A DNA stretch of 47,496 bases, taken from the NCBI GenBank assembly GCA_943354645.1, contig CALRCO010000001.1, positions 1-47,496 on the forward strand. Direction: 5' to 3'. A program made the translations under genes and the position numbers. The stretch comes from Candidatus Nomurabacteria bacterium. GTDB taxonomy: Bacteria > Patescibacteriota > Minisyncoccia > Phycocordibacterales > UBA9973. The notes beneath the pieces were generated by a model. That model made no database searches, was not told the DNA's origin, and saw nothing but the letters and a program-made list of their open reading frames with translations. Shown here piece after piece: positions 39,527 to 47,496 of this stretch. Position 1 is the stretch's first letter. The number at the start of each line of letters is the position of its first letter.

Positions 39527-39775
39527 ATGCAATCAAAATCAGGACTTATTATTGTAGCTATTATCGTACTCGCGATCGCGGGCTATTTCATTTGGAAGAA
39601 TGGCGGCAATCGTAACGCTGGCCAAGCAGGACAAGTCTATGACAATACGGCGCAGTCTGGTTCGAGTGTAAATCCACCAGGTACGACAACGGGTGCTGGC
39701 GGTATGATCGTTGCACCAAAACCTACTGGTGACACAACACTACCAGATTATTATTACGATACATCCGGTAAATAA
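39527..39775 (+). CDS. Small membrane-anchored protein sharing its N-terminus with the 31048/32357 family
   Basis: AIAGYF...NRNAGQAGQV; terminator 39784-39823. Confidence 0.7.
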   Translation: MQSKSGLIIVAIIVLAIAGYFIWKNGGNRNAGQAGQVYDNTAQSGSSVNPPGTTTGAGGMIVAPKPTGDTTLPDYYYDTSGK

Positions 39776-39877
39776 TTTTACTCAAATAGCATAAAATCCC
39801 CGAAAGGGGATTTTATGCTATTTGTTTGACAAATTAAAGGCGAACTGTATGATGAGGAAAATTTAAAACTCAACAAC

Positions 39878-40456
39878 ATGGAAACAATCAAAATAATCTT
39901 TGCTATTGCTTGGTTTGCAATAATTGGGTTACTACTCATTTATTTTTCCCTCAAAAAGAAAAAACGAAGAAATGCATATTCAGTGGGTTTTATTGAACAT
40001 GACCACAAAGAACAGCACATCGCATTCGTTCTCGGCATTCTAAAAGTAGGATACACAGGCAACAAAGTGAAAGAACTAGAAGACCTCTATCGAGGATGGC
40101 TTGCAAAGCTGACTGATATTCGGGAGAAAGCATCTATTGCTGCAAAGAATACATATCTTAAGCTTGTTGATACTAATGACTATCGATTAGAAGGAAAGAT
40201 TATGTATGATGAACCTGAAACGATTGAAGGATACACAGTTGTTAAAGATTGCTTTTCTGAACCCTTTCCCTCATTGCACGATATGGATGATTGGGCACTT
40301 GGCATAAAGTTTACCGAACTTTCGACACTTCTTGCCATGACGGAAGAACAAAAGAAAGCAAGTATCTTATACATCAAAAAACACTTTGTAAATCACAAAA
40401 TGACACGGGCTATTTTCAATTTTGACCTCTATGTTCCCAAAGAGGTAATGGTTTGA
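39878..40456 (+). CDS. Orphan membrane-anchored protein
   Basis: N-terminal TM then KKKKRR; TTGACA-16-TATGAT promoter; hairpin 40464-40495. Confidence 0.7.
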   Translation: METIKIIFAIAWFAIIGLLLIYFSLKKKKRRNAYSVGFIEHDHKEQHIAFVLGILKVGYTGNKVKELEDLYRGWLAKLTDIREKASIAAKNTYLKLVDTNDYRLEGKIMYDEPETIEGYTVVKDCFSEPFPSLHDMDDWALGIKFTELSTLLAMTEEQKKASILYIKKHFVNHKMTRAIFNFDLYVPKEVMV

Positions 40457-40601
40457 CTTATCTAAAGGCTTCTGCTACACTAGCGGAAGCCTTTTCATTT
40501 TGAGTAATCCGTCGTTCTCCTTGAGCGTCCCCTGAAATTCTTGGGGCTTTCAAGAAAAATGACGAGATATTCTCAAGAAACAACAAGGCATTTTTACCCC
40601 T

Positions 40602-40787
40602 ATGGCAAAAACATCAACCGTCGTCCGATCACAAAAGCCTCCTAAATTCTCTACTCGAGCTAAAAATCGATGTTTTCGATGTGGCCGCGGTCGAGGGTTT
40701 ATGCGTGATTTCGGTATCTGCCGTATCTGCTTCCGTGAACTCGCGAACGAAGGTATGATCCCGGGTATCCGCAAATCGAGCTGGTAG
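40602..40787 (+). CDS. rpsN: 30S ribosomal protein S14, zinc-binding type
   Basis: RCFRCGR...[15 protein letters not shown]. Confidence 0.98.
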   Translation: MAKTSTVVRSQKPPKFSTRAKNRCFRCGRGRGFMRDFGICRICFRELANEGMIPGIRKSSW

Positions 40788-40902
40788 GACGAGTTATCAA
40801 GTTATAAAGTTGAATGTTATAAAGAAAACAAATAACGCAACAAACTTGATACATCTTAGACTTTATAACTTTATGAACTTGATAAACTTTTAACTTAAAC
40901 CA
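40788..40902. repeat. AAGTTATA/TATAACTT inverted-repeat spacer
   Basis: AGTTATCAAGTTATAAAGT ... ACTTTATAACTTTATGAACTTGATAAACT. Confidence 0.85.
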
Positions 40903-41292
40903 ATGTATCCTCTCTCAGACATGTTAATCAAAATAAAGAACGCTAGCATCGCGACTCACGCGAGTGTTACCGTTCCTGCATCAAAAATGAAGGCAGCAGT
41001 GCTTGCATGTTTGAAAAAAGAAGGCTTCGTTGGTGGTATTACAGAAAAGTCAGTCAAAGGGCATCCTGTGCTTGAAGTTGTCCTTGCATACAATGCAGAC
41101 GGTACTCCAAAAGTATCTTCAGTTACCTGTATCTCAAAGCCATCACGACGTATGTACATGGGTGTTAAAGAAATTCGCTTGGTGAAAAACGGTATGGGAC
41201 TTGCTGTCCTTTCAACACCAAAGGGAATTCTTTCAGGACGAGAGGCTCGCAAAGAGCAGGTCGGCGGTGAAATTTTATGTAATATCTGGTAA
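40903..41292 (+). CDS. rpsH: 30S ribosomal protein S8
   Basis: ISKPSRRMY, LSTPKG, VGGEIL. Confidence 0.98.
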   Translation: MYPLSDMLIKIKNASIATHASVTVPASKMKAAVLACLKKEGFVGGITEKSVKGHPVLEVVLAYNADGTPKVSSVTCISKPSRRMYMGVKEIRLVKNGMGLAVLSTPKGILSGREARKEQVGGEILCNIW

Positions 41293-41302
41293 TCAAATTT
41301 AT

Positions 41303-41836
41303 ATGTCACGTATAGGAAAACAACAACTCATCATCCCCGCAGGCACAACCGCAACTTTGAACAACGGTCTTCTTACTGTTGTCGGTCCGAAAGGCACGCT
41401 CACGCGCAATTTCAATGACACGATCACTATTACGATCGCAGACAACATGATTACATTTCTTCCAAAAGAAGAAAATCCACAATCACTCGCACTCTGGGGT
41501 ACCTACGCATCGCATGTCAAAAACATGTTGGATGGCGTAAACACCCCATACACCAAAAAACTTATTCTTGAAGGAGTCGGTTTTAAAAGTGAAGTCAAAG
41601 GTACAAACCTTGATCTCGCACTTGGCTTTTCTCACCCAGTAAGCATCCCCGTTCCAACAGGATTGACCGTCACTGCAGAAAAAAACAACATCACCGTTAC
41701 TGGTATCGACAAAGAAGTAGTTGGTAGCTTTACCGCAATGGTACGTGCACTCAAAAAGCCAGAACCATACAAAGGTAAAGGATTCCGCTACGATACTGAA
41801 GTTATCAGACGCAAGCAAGGTAAGAAGGCAGCATAA
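41303..41836 (+). CDS. rplF: 50S ribosomal protein L6
   Basis: MSRIGK, LGFSHPV, KPEPYKGKG. Confidence 0.98.
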   Translation: MSRIGKQQLIIPAGTTATLNNGLLTVVGPKGTLTRNFNDTITITIADNMITFLPKEENPQSLALWGTYASHVKNMLDGVNTPYTKKLILEGVGFKSEVKGTNLDLALGFSHPVSIPVPTGLTVTAEKNNITVTGIDKEVVGSFTAMVRALKKPEPYKGKGFRYDTEVIRRKQGKKAA

Positions 41837-41914
41837 CGAAGGAGTATACGGTATAAAGTATTGAGTATAGAGCTCCATACTAAATACCAAATACTGAATA
41901 CTAAACATAAATTT

Positions 41915-42256
41915 ATGACAACAAAAATCGACAAAAGAATAAGATTGAAAGCAAAAATAAGATCAAAAGTCTCTGGTACTTCAGAGCGCCCACGTTTTTC
42001 TGTATTTCGTTCAAACAAATTTATCTACGCGCAATTGATCGACGATACAACAGGTACAACACTTTTATCTGCTTCTGATGCAAAAGCAAAGAAGGGGACC
42101 AAGCGCGAACGTGCAGAACAAGTCGGCGCAGAACTCGCAAAGAAAGCGCAAGAGAAAAAAATCACGACAGTTGTGTTTGATCGCAATGGATTCAAATACA
42201 CAGGTCGCATCCAAGTATTAGCAGATGCTGCACGAGCTGCAGGACTTACATTTTAA
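41915..42256 (+). CDS. rplR: 50S ribosomal protein L18
   Basis: [24 protein letters not shown]. Confidence 0.98.
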   Translation: MTTKIDKRIRLKAKIRSKVSGTSERPRFSVFRSNKFIYAQLIDDTTGTTLLSASDAKAKKGTKRERAEQVGAELAKKAQEKKITTVVFDRNGFKYTGRIQVLADAARAAGLTF

Positions 42257-42267
42257 TTACTAAACAT

Positions 42268-42933
42268 ATGCCAGCACCAACAGGACAATCAAATAAACCT
42301 TTCACTCCTCGAGCAGGTGGTGCGCCTATGCGCCCGCGTACTGGTCCAGGCGGTCCTTCTCGCGGTCCAGGTGGCGCAGGGGGAGATCGACGTGGTGGTG
42401 GACGACGTCCAGCATTTGACCGTCCAAAGCCTGAATACGATCAGAAAATCCTTGGTATCCGACGCGTTACTCGTGTGGTTGCCGGCGGACGACGCATGAG
42501 TTTTGCAGTCGCGCTTGTTATCGGTGATCGAAAAGGTGTTGTTGGGGTAGGCACCGGTAAAGCAACCGATACATCACTCGCAATTGCAAAAGCACAAAAA
42601 GCAGCAAAGAAAAATTTGATTGTCATCAAACTCACGAAAGAAAATTCTATTCCACACGATGTTGCCGGAAAATTCTCAAGTTCTGAAGTTATGCTTATGC
42701 CAAACCGCGGTCGCGGTATGATTGCTGGCTCTGCTATCCGCGACATTCTCATTTTGGCTGGCGTTAAAGATGTCAGTGCAAAAGTACAAACAGGAAGTAA
42801 GAACAAATTGAACATTGCTCGTGCATGTATGGTTGCTCTCGAACGCGTCAGTTCTCCTCGCATCATTCGCGCAGAAGAACCAAAGCCTGTTGCACCCGTT
42901 GTTACCCTTAAAGATGCTGAAGAAGTAAAATAA
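42268..42933 (+). CDS. rpsE: 30S ribosomal protein S5 with G/P/R-rich N-terminal extension
   Basis: RRVTRVVAGGRRMSF, GVGTGKA. Confidence 0.98.
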   Translation: MPAPTGQSNKPFTPRAGGAPMRPRTGPGGPSRGPGGAGGDRRGGGRRPAFDRPKPEYDQKILGIRRVTRVVAGGRRMSFAVALVIGDRKGVVGVGTGKATDTSLAIAKAQKAAKKNLIVIKLTKENSIPHDVAGKFSSSEVMLMPNRGRGMIAGSAIRDILILAGVKDVSAKVQTGSKNKLNIARACMVALERVSSPRIIRAEEPKPVAPVVTLKDAEEVK

Positions 42934-42937
42934 TTTT

Positions 42938-43381
42938 ATGCAAATTCACAACGTCAAAAGAACAACTAAATTAAAGACACAGACCCAAGTTGGCCGCGGT
43001 GGCAAACGTGGTAAGACAAGTGGTCGTGGTACAAAAGGTCAAAAAGCTCGTTCAGGTCACAAGATCCGACCGGCATTTCGAGATATCATCAAGAAAATTC
43101 CTAAGCTCCGCGGTCGCGGTAAGAACAAAAACGTTTCTTCAAGTCCAAAACCTTCAGTGGTTTCTGTTGGACGCATTGCCGCAGTATTTACAAAAGCTGG
43201 TGCAATTATTTCTTCTCGAACTCTTGTTGAGGCAAAACTCATTCGCCCTCTCTCTGGTAAAAATCCAAAAGTCACTGTTGTTAGTGATGGTGATATCGCG
43301 GTAGCACTAGTATTCGAAAACATGCACATCACCGCTGGCGCAAAAGCAAAGATCGAAGCTGCGGGTGGAACCATTAAGTAA
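42938..43381 (+). CDS. rplO: 50S ribosomal protein L15
   Basis: VGRGGKRGKTSGRGTKGQKARSG, AKIEAAGG. Confidence 0.98.
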   Translation: MQIHNVKRTTKLKTQTQVGRGGKRGKTSGRGTKGQKARSGHKIRPAFRDIIKKIPKLRGRGKNKNVSSSPKPSVVSVGRIAAVFTKAGAIISSRTLVEAKLIRPLSGKNPKVTVVSDGDIAVALVFENMHITAGAKAKIEAAGGTIK

Positions 43382-43468
43382 AAAGTTATCAAGTCCATCA
43401 AGTTGTAAAGCAAATGCAATTAAAACTAACTTTATAACTTTCAACTTTATAACTTTAAAAACTAACTC
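43382..43468. repeat. AAGTTATA/TATAACTT inverted-repeat spacer
   Basis: AAAGTTATCAAGTCCATCAAGTTGTAAAG ... ACTTTATAACTTTCAACTTTATAACTTT. Confidence 0.85.
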
Positions 43469-44740
43469 ATGAACACTTTTTTTCAAAAACTTAAACTTAT
43501 TTTTTCAGACAAAAGCCTTCGCCGCCGACTTCTCTTTGTTATCGGTGCGCTTATCGTATTTCGTTTGATGGCAGCAATCCCAATTCCAGGAATCGATACC
43601 CTTCGTCTTACACAATTTTTAAGTTCAAACCAATTCTTTGGTGTCTTAAACATTTTCTCTGGTGGTGGTCTTTCAAACCTTTCTATTATCATGTTGGGTG
43701 TTGGTCCGTACATCACGGCATCTATCATCATGCAACTTTTGACCGTCATGATACCTCGTTTGAAACAGCTCTACTCTGAAGAAGGGGAACAGGGTCGCAA
43801 AAAATTTGCACAATATTCTCGCATCATTACCGTACCTCTCGCTGTTGTCCAAGCGCTCGGCCTTTTGCTCTTACTCGAACGACAAGGTATTTTGCTCTCA
43901 AATGGCGTGTTTGGTCATGCACTCAACATTATCGTTGCAGTTACGGGCTCACTCCTCCTTATGTGGATTGGTGAACTCATTACAGAATTTGGTATCGGTA
44001 ACGGTGTCTCACTTCTTATTTTTGCTGGTATCGTTTCTGCATTACCGGGACACATCAACCAAGCGCTTTTTACCTACGATCCATCACAAATCCCGCTCTA
44101 CATTCTCTTTGCGGTTGTTGGACTCCTTGTTATTTTCGGGGTTGTGTTTATCGGTGAAGCAGAACGGGCAATTCCGGTGACCCATGCAAAACAAGTGCGT
44201 GGTATGCGCGTGATGGGAAGTGGCGGTTCATATATCCCAATGCGCATCAACCAAGCTGGCGTTATCCCAATTATTTTTGCACTTTCTATTCTTTTGTTCC
44301 CTCAATTGATCGGTAACTTACTCGCGAATTTCCATGGCGCATTTGCACTTAAAGTATCTGCAGTATTATTGTCATTCAAACAGACATCAATATTGTATGC
44401 AGTGTTGTATTTCGTCTTCGTCTTCGTTTTCACGTATTTCTACACCGCAGTTACGTTTGATCCAAATGCAATGTCAAAAAATCTCCAAAAGAGTGGCGCC
44501 TTTATTCCTGGTATTCGTCCTGGTGAAGCGACAGAAGCGTATCTTTCTAAGATAGCAACTCGGGTGACTTTTCTCGGTGCATTGTTCCTTGGCTTTATCG
44601 CTATCATGCCGCTTGTGATGCAACACATTACGGGCATTACTTCTCTTGCCCTTGGTGGTACCGCACTCCTCATCGTTGTTTCTGTGGTGCTTGATTTGAT
44701 TAAGAAGGTTGATGCGCAGATAAGTATGCGAGAATACTAG
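43469..44740 (+). CDS. secY: Preprotein translocase SecY
   Basis: PYITASIIMQLL, GIGNGVSLLIFAGI, GVIPIIFA, FIPGIRPG. Confidence 0.99.
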   Translation: MNTFFQKLKLIFSDKSLRRRLLFVIGALIVFRLMAAIPIPGIDTLRLTQFLSSNQFFGVLNIFSGGGLSNLSIIMLGVGPYITASIIMQLLTVMIPRLKQLYSEEGEQGRKKFAQYSRIITVPLAVVQALGLLLLLERQGILLSNGVFGHALNIIVAVTGSLLLMWIGELITEFGIGNGVSLLIFAGIVSALPGHINQALFTYDPSQIPLYILFAVVGLLVIFGVVFIGEAERAIPVTHAKQVRGMRVMGSGGSYIPMRINQAGVIPIIFALSILLFPQLIGNLLANFHGAFALKVSAVLLSFKQTSILYAVLYFVFVFVFTYFYTAVTFDPNAMSKNLQKSGAFIPGIRPGEATEAYLSKIATRVTFLGALFLGFIAIMPLVMQHITGITSLALGGTALLIVVSVVLDLIKKVDAQISMREY

Positions 44741-44742
44741 GA

Positions 44743-44837
44743 GCAAGTAAGTAGTAAGTAGATAGTAGTAAGTAGGGAGAACAAAACACAATAACATAAA
44801 CGCAGGATTTGGCTTCGCCAAATCCTGCGTTTATGTT
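44743..44837. repeat. TAGTAAG tract plus GGCTTCGCC-tipped hairpin
   Basis: AAGTAAGTAGTAAGTAGATAGTAGTAAGTAG; AACATAAACGCAGGATTTGGC-TTC-GCCAAATCCTGCGTTTATGTT. Confidence 0.8.
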
Positions 44838-44848
44838 AGGATTTGGCT

Positions 44849-45454
44849 ATGGAAAACAAGCCACAAACATATATATTCATTGGCCAATCGGGTTGTGGCA
44901 AAGGCACACAAGCGAAATTGTTAGAGGAATGGATTAAACAAAACGATGTAGAAAAGCGAGAGGTATTTCATCTAGAAACGGGGGCAAAGTTTCGAGAATT
45001 TTTTACTACAGATAGTTTTACCAGTAAACGTGCAACAGCGCTCGGCGCAACAGGTGCGCGCCAACCAGACTTTCTCGCAATTCATATTTGGTCGCATGTG
45101 CTCATCGAATCCTACAACGGCAATCAGCATCTTCTTATCGATGGCACACCTCGATCACTAGCAGAAACGACGGCGTTTGATTCAGCGATGAAATTTTATG
45201 ACAGAGAAAAACCCACGGTTATTTTTATTAATGTATCGAAACAATGGTCTATAGATCGACTCACTGCTCGCGGTCGGGGAGATGATAAGTCTCAAGAAGA
45301 AATTGAAAAACGACTTGCATGGTTTACGAAAGATGTAATGCCTGCAGTTGAATGGTATCGAGGACATCCGGAATATCATTTTGTTGAATTGAACGGAGAA
45401 CAAAGTATCGAAGCAGTGCACGCAGAACTTATTAGTAAGATTGAAATGAAATAG
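44849..45454 (+). CDS. adk: Adenylate kinase family NMP kinase (short LID)
   Basis: GQSGCGKGTQA, LIDGTPR, RGRGDD..IEKRL; position after secY. Confidence 0.88.
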   Translation: MENKPQTYIFIGQSGCGKGTQAKLLEEWIKQNDVEKREVFHLETGAKFREFFTTDSFTSKRATALGATGARQPDFLAIHIWSHVLIESYNGNQHLLIDGTPRSLAETTAFDSAMKFYDREKPTVIFINVSKQWSIDRLTARGRGDDKSQEEIEKRLAWFTKDVMPAVEWYRGHPEYHFVELNGEQSIEAVHAELISKIEMK

Positions 45455-45460
45455 ATTTTT

Positions 45461-45537
45461 TTGTGTCGTCCCGATGAAAATCGGGATCCAGGCTAAATTT
45501 TTCCGCCTGGGTACCGGCCTCCGCCGGTATGACACAA
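45461..45537. repeat. REP-like doublet (GTCAT...ATCCAGG family)
   Basis: Right unit is the reverse complement of the unit at 16032-16063 with one mismatch. Confidence 0.8.
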
Positions 45538-45544
45538 TATACAC

Positions 45545-46312
45545 ATGCCAGTAATAATTAAAACAACTGAAGAAATAGAACTCCTGCGCGAGGGCGGCAA
45601 ACGCTTGGGCGAAATTGTCCGTATGGTCGCTAAAAAAGTGGCGCCTGGCATAACCACGCGCGAGCTCGATATGTACACGCGAGAACTCATTTCGGCACAG
45701 GACGGTGATACTCCCGCATTCCTAAATTACACGCCATATGGCGCAGATTATCCCTATCCAGCGGCACTTATTACCTCAGTGAATAGCGAAGTGGTACACG
45801 GTATTCCTGGTGATTATGTCCTCAAACAGGGCGATATTATCTCGCTTGATTGTGGACTCAAACACGCAGGATTATTTACGGATCACGCAATTACGGTCCC
45901 TGTTGGCCCTATTTCGAAAGAGGCAACAGAATTGCTCCGAGTCACTCGTGAAGCGCTCTATCTTGGCATAGAACAGGCAAGACCTGGTAATTACACTGGT
46001 GATATCGGCTATGCAATTGAGCAGTATGTGAAGAAATTCGGCTATGGCATTGTGCGAGATTTATCCGGTCACGGTGTTGGCAGAGAAATTCATGAAGATC
46101 CGTATGTGCCGAACTATGGCAAAAAAGGAAAAGGAGAATTATTGAAAAAGGGGATGACGATTGCTATTGAACCGATGCTTAATATAGGAAAAGGTGATGT
46201 GGTTACTTTGAAAGATGGATATACCATCAAAACAACCGATAATAGTTTGTCTGCTCATTTTGAACACACGGTTTTAATAACCGATGGCGATCCTGAAATT
46301 TTGACGGAATAG
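45545..46312 (+). CDS. map: Methionine aminopeptidase type I
   Basis: VVHGIPG, DIISLD, GHGVG..IHEDP, AIEPM, SAHFEHT. Confidence 0.98.
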   Translation: MPVIIKTTEEIELLREGGKRLGEIVRMVAKKVAPGITTRELDMYTRELISAQDGDTPAFLNYTPYGADYPYPAALITSVNSEVVHGIPGDYVLKQGDIISLDCGLKHAGLFTDHAITVPVGPISKEATELLRVTREALYLGIEQARPGNYTGDIGYAIEQYVKKFGYGIVRDLSGHGVGREIHEDPYVPNYGKKGKGELLKKGMTIAIEPMLNIGKGDVVTLKDGYTIKTTDNSLSAHFEHTVLITDGDPEILTE

Positions 46313-46351
46313 CATAAATAAAAACTCGACACCCTGGTGTCGAGTTTTTAT

Positions 46352-46933
46352 TTATGCAGCCTTTTTTATTACCGATGGGATGCCACGAATGGCAAGGTTT
46401 GTAATTTCATTTGCAACATGGAGTGCTTCTTCCCAATCTGCTCGATGTGCATCAACAAGCGCAGGCGTCCATGTTTTTCCTAGGAGTTCGTATAAATGAG
46501 CAACTCGATTATCTATCATATTGATTATTTCTTTATTTTTTTCATTGACCACATTTGTGTACACGGTAGGAGAAAATTTTTCAATGTAGGTGCGCATATG
46601 CCCAGGTGATTCTTTATTGAATTTATTTTCAATAAAAGTAAGGGCTCTAGCAAATGAATCTACATCTATTTCATTAGTTAAATCATATTTATGTGAGGCA
46701 ATATCATCAAGTATTGATTCAAAGTTGTTTATTTCATTTAAATATTCACCACTTATACCTGATTTAGGGCTGATTGGTACCGGCATTTCTTTTTTGAGTT
46801 TTATTTCTTGTGGATGTTCAGCGTATTTACCATCTTGCAATTCATTATCGAAATCTTTCCTAGTTAAGTGTGCGTGTTCAAGTGTCGATCCTCCTTCTGA
46901 AGATAAAATATGTTCTCCCATTGATTCTTTCAT
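46352..46933 (-). CDS. Hypothetical protein
   Basis: ATG 7 nt after TGATATAAT; bidirectional terminator 46315-46355. Confidence 0.65.
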   Translation of the reverse strand: MKESMGEHILSSEGGSTLEHAHLTRKDFDNELQDGKYAEHPQEIKLKKEMPVPISPKSGISGEYLNEINNFESILDDIASHKYDLTNEIDVDSFARALTFIENKFNKESPGHMRTYIEKFSPTVYTNVVNEKNKEIINMIDNRVAHLYELLGKTWTPALVDAHRADWEEALHVANEITNLAIRGIPSVIKKAA

Positions 46934-47002
46934 GTTGCTTATTATATCACGGCCCTTTCTCCACATAAAATAGGGAGTTTAGACTGATATACTGTTTTGT
47001 AT

Positions 47003-47496
47003 ATGAATCCTAACGGCGTTGAATTGCCTAAATTTCAAACTCCTGAAGAAGAGCTTGCGTATTTGCGTGCGAAGGTTGCCGAACAAGGTTCGGCGACCGA
47101 GCACGCCCCGAGCATGTCGAGGGGCATAGAACGTCCGAAAGAGGCAGTTGCAGAATCCTATGTCACCCAATATAAAGAGCAGAAACAAGCAACACCTCAG
47201 CCGATTGCAGTGGTATTTCATGATGCGGATAAACATGAACTCGCACTCAAATTGAAGCCAGAAGCACACGATATGAAGATGGAAGAATTATTGGGCATTT
47301 TACTTTCAAAAGGCATCCGCGCGGCACTCGATGTCGCAGAAGCGCTCCATGATCCGCATGTGGATGATGACTTCCATCGTTTCTTGGTGCAATATCTTGC
47401 AACAGAACATGGCATTCCAGGACTCCGCGATAAAGAGCCGTTGTTCAAAGTGCTCTCGATGACGCTTTTTGAAGTGACATTGCCACCACCAAAAGA
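47003..47496 (+). CDS. Partial (3'-truncated) protein; N-terminus resembles Parcubacteria VirD4/TraD-like ATPases
   Basis: Open to window end: MNPNGVELPKFQTPEEELAYLR...DDDFHRFLVQYL...LFEVTLP; ATPase domain is not visible, so the family call is from recall only. Confidence 0.55.
   Translation, partial: MNPNGVELPKFQTPEEELAYLRAKVAEQGSATEHAPSMSRGIERPKEAVAESYVTQYKEQKQATPQPIAVVFHDADKHELALKLKPEAHDMKMEELLGILLSKGIRAALDVAEALHDPHVDDDFHRFLVQYLATEHGIPGLRDKEPLFKVLSMTLFEVTLPPPK

Noticed and set aside
42934..42937. Absence of rpmD (L30) between rpsE and rplO
   Set aside because: Known general trait of CPR bacteria; used only as taxonomic evidence.
20647..44776. Intergenic repeats as a CRISPR array
   Set aside because: Units are 7-9 nt, degenerate and dispersed, with no repeat-spacer periodicity and no cas genes.
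1..47496. Alternative genetic code (TGA = Gly, as in Gracilibacteria/Absconditabacteria)
   Set aside because: Conserved genes are full length under code 11, and TGA ends genes such as comEC and the first pilin.

Overview
Chromosomal window of a Patescibacteria (CPR) bacterium, most likely Parcubacteria. The assignment is inferred from the missing rpmD, AT-rich starts with no Shine-Dalgarno, CPR-style pilin and surface proteins, and TGA used as a stop (code 11). Gene order: cysteine-rich and small secreted proteins; a type IV pilus cluster (pilB, pilC, four prepilin-like genes); tpiA-pgk; HIT; recJ-rnhA-comEC, with comEC split around sod; rpmB; an M50 protease; a surface protein; then the str/S10/spc ribosomal supercluster (rpsL to secY, adk, map). 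The supercluster is interrupted at four points by monocistronic orphan cassettes. Highlights: (1) palindromic miniature elements (CCC...GGG ends, 4-bp target duplication) inserted in frame in a prepilin leader and in recJ, with a similar element next to a sigma promoter; (2) a Bacteroidota-type primary sigma factor between fusA and tuf; (3) stop-codon-rich 7-9-mer inverted-repeat spacers between ribosomal genes; (4) widespread leaderless-type promoters; (5) a candidate pseudoknotted ncRNA upstream of rpsL. No rRNA, tRNA, CRISPR array or transposase was seen. All family calls are by motif recognition, not database search.
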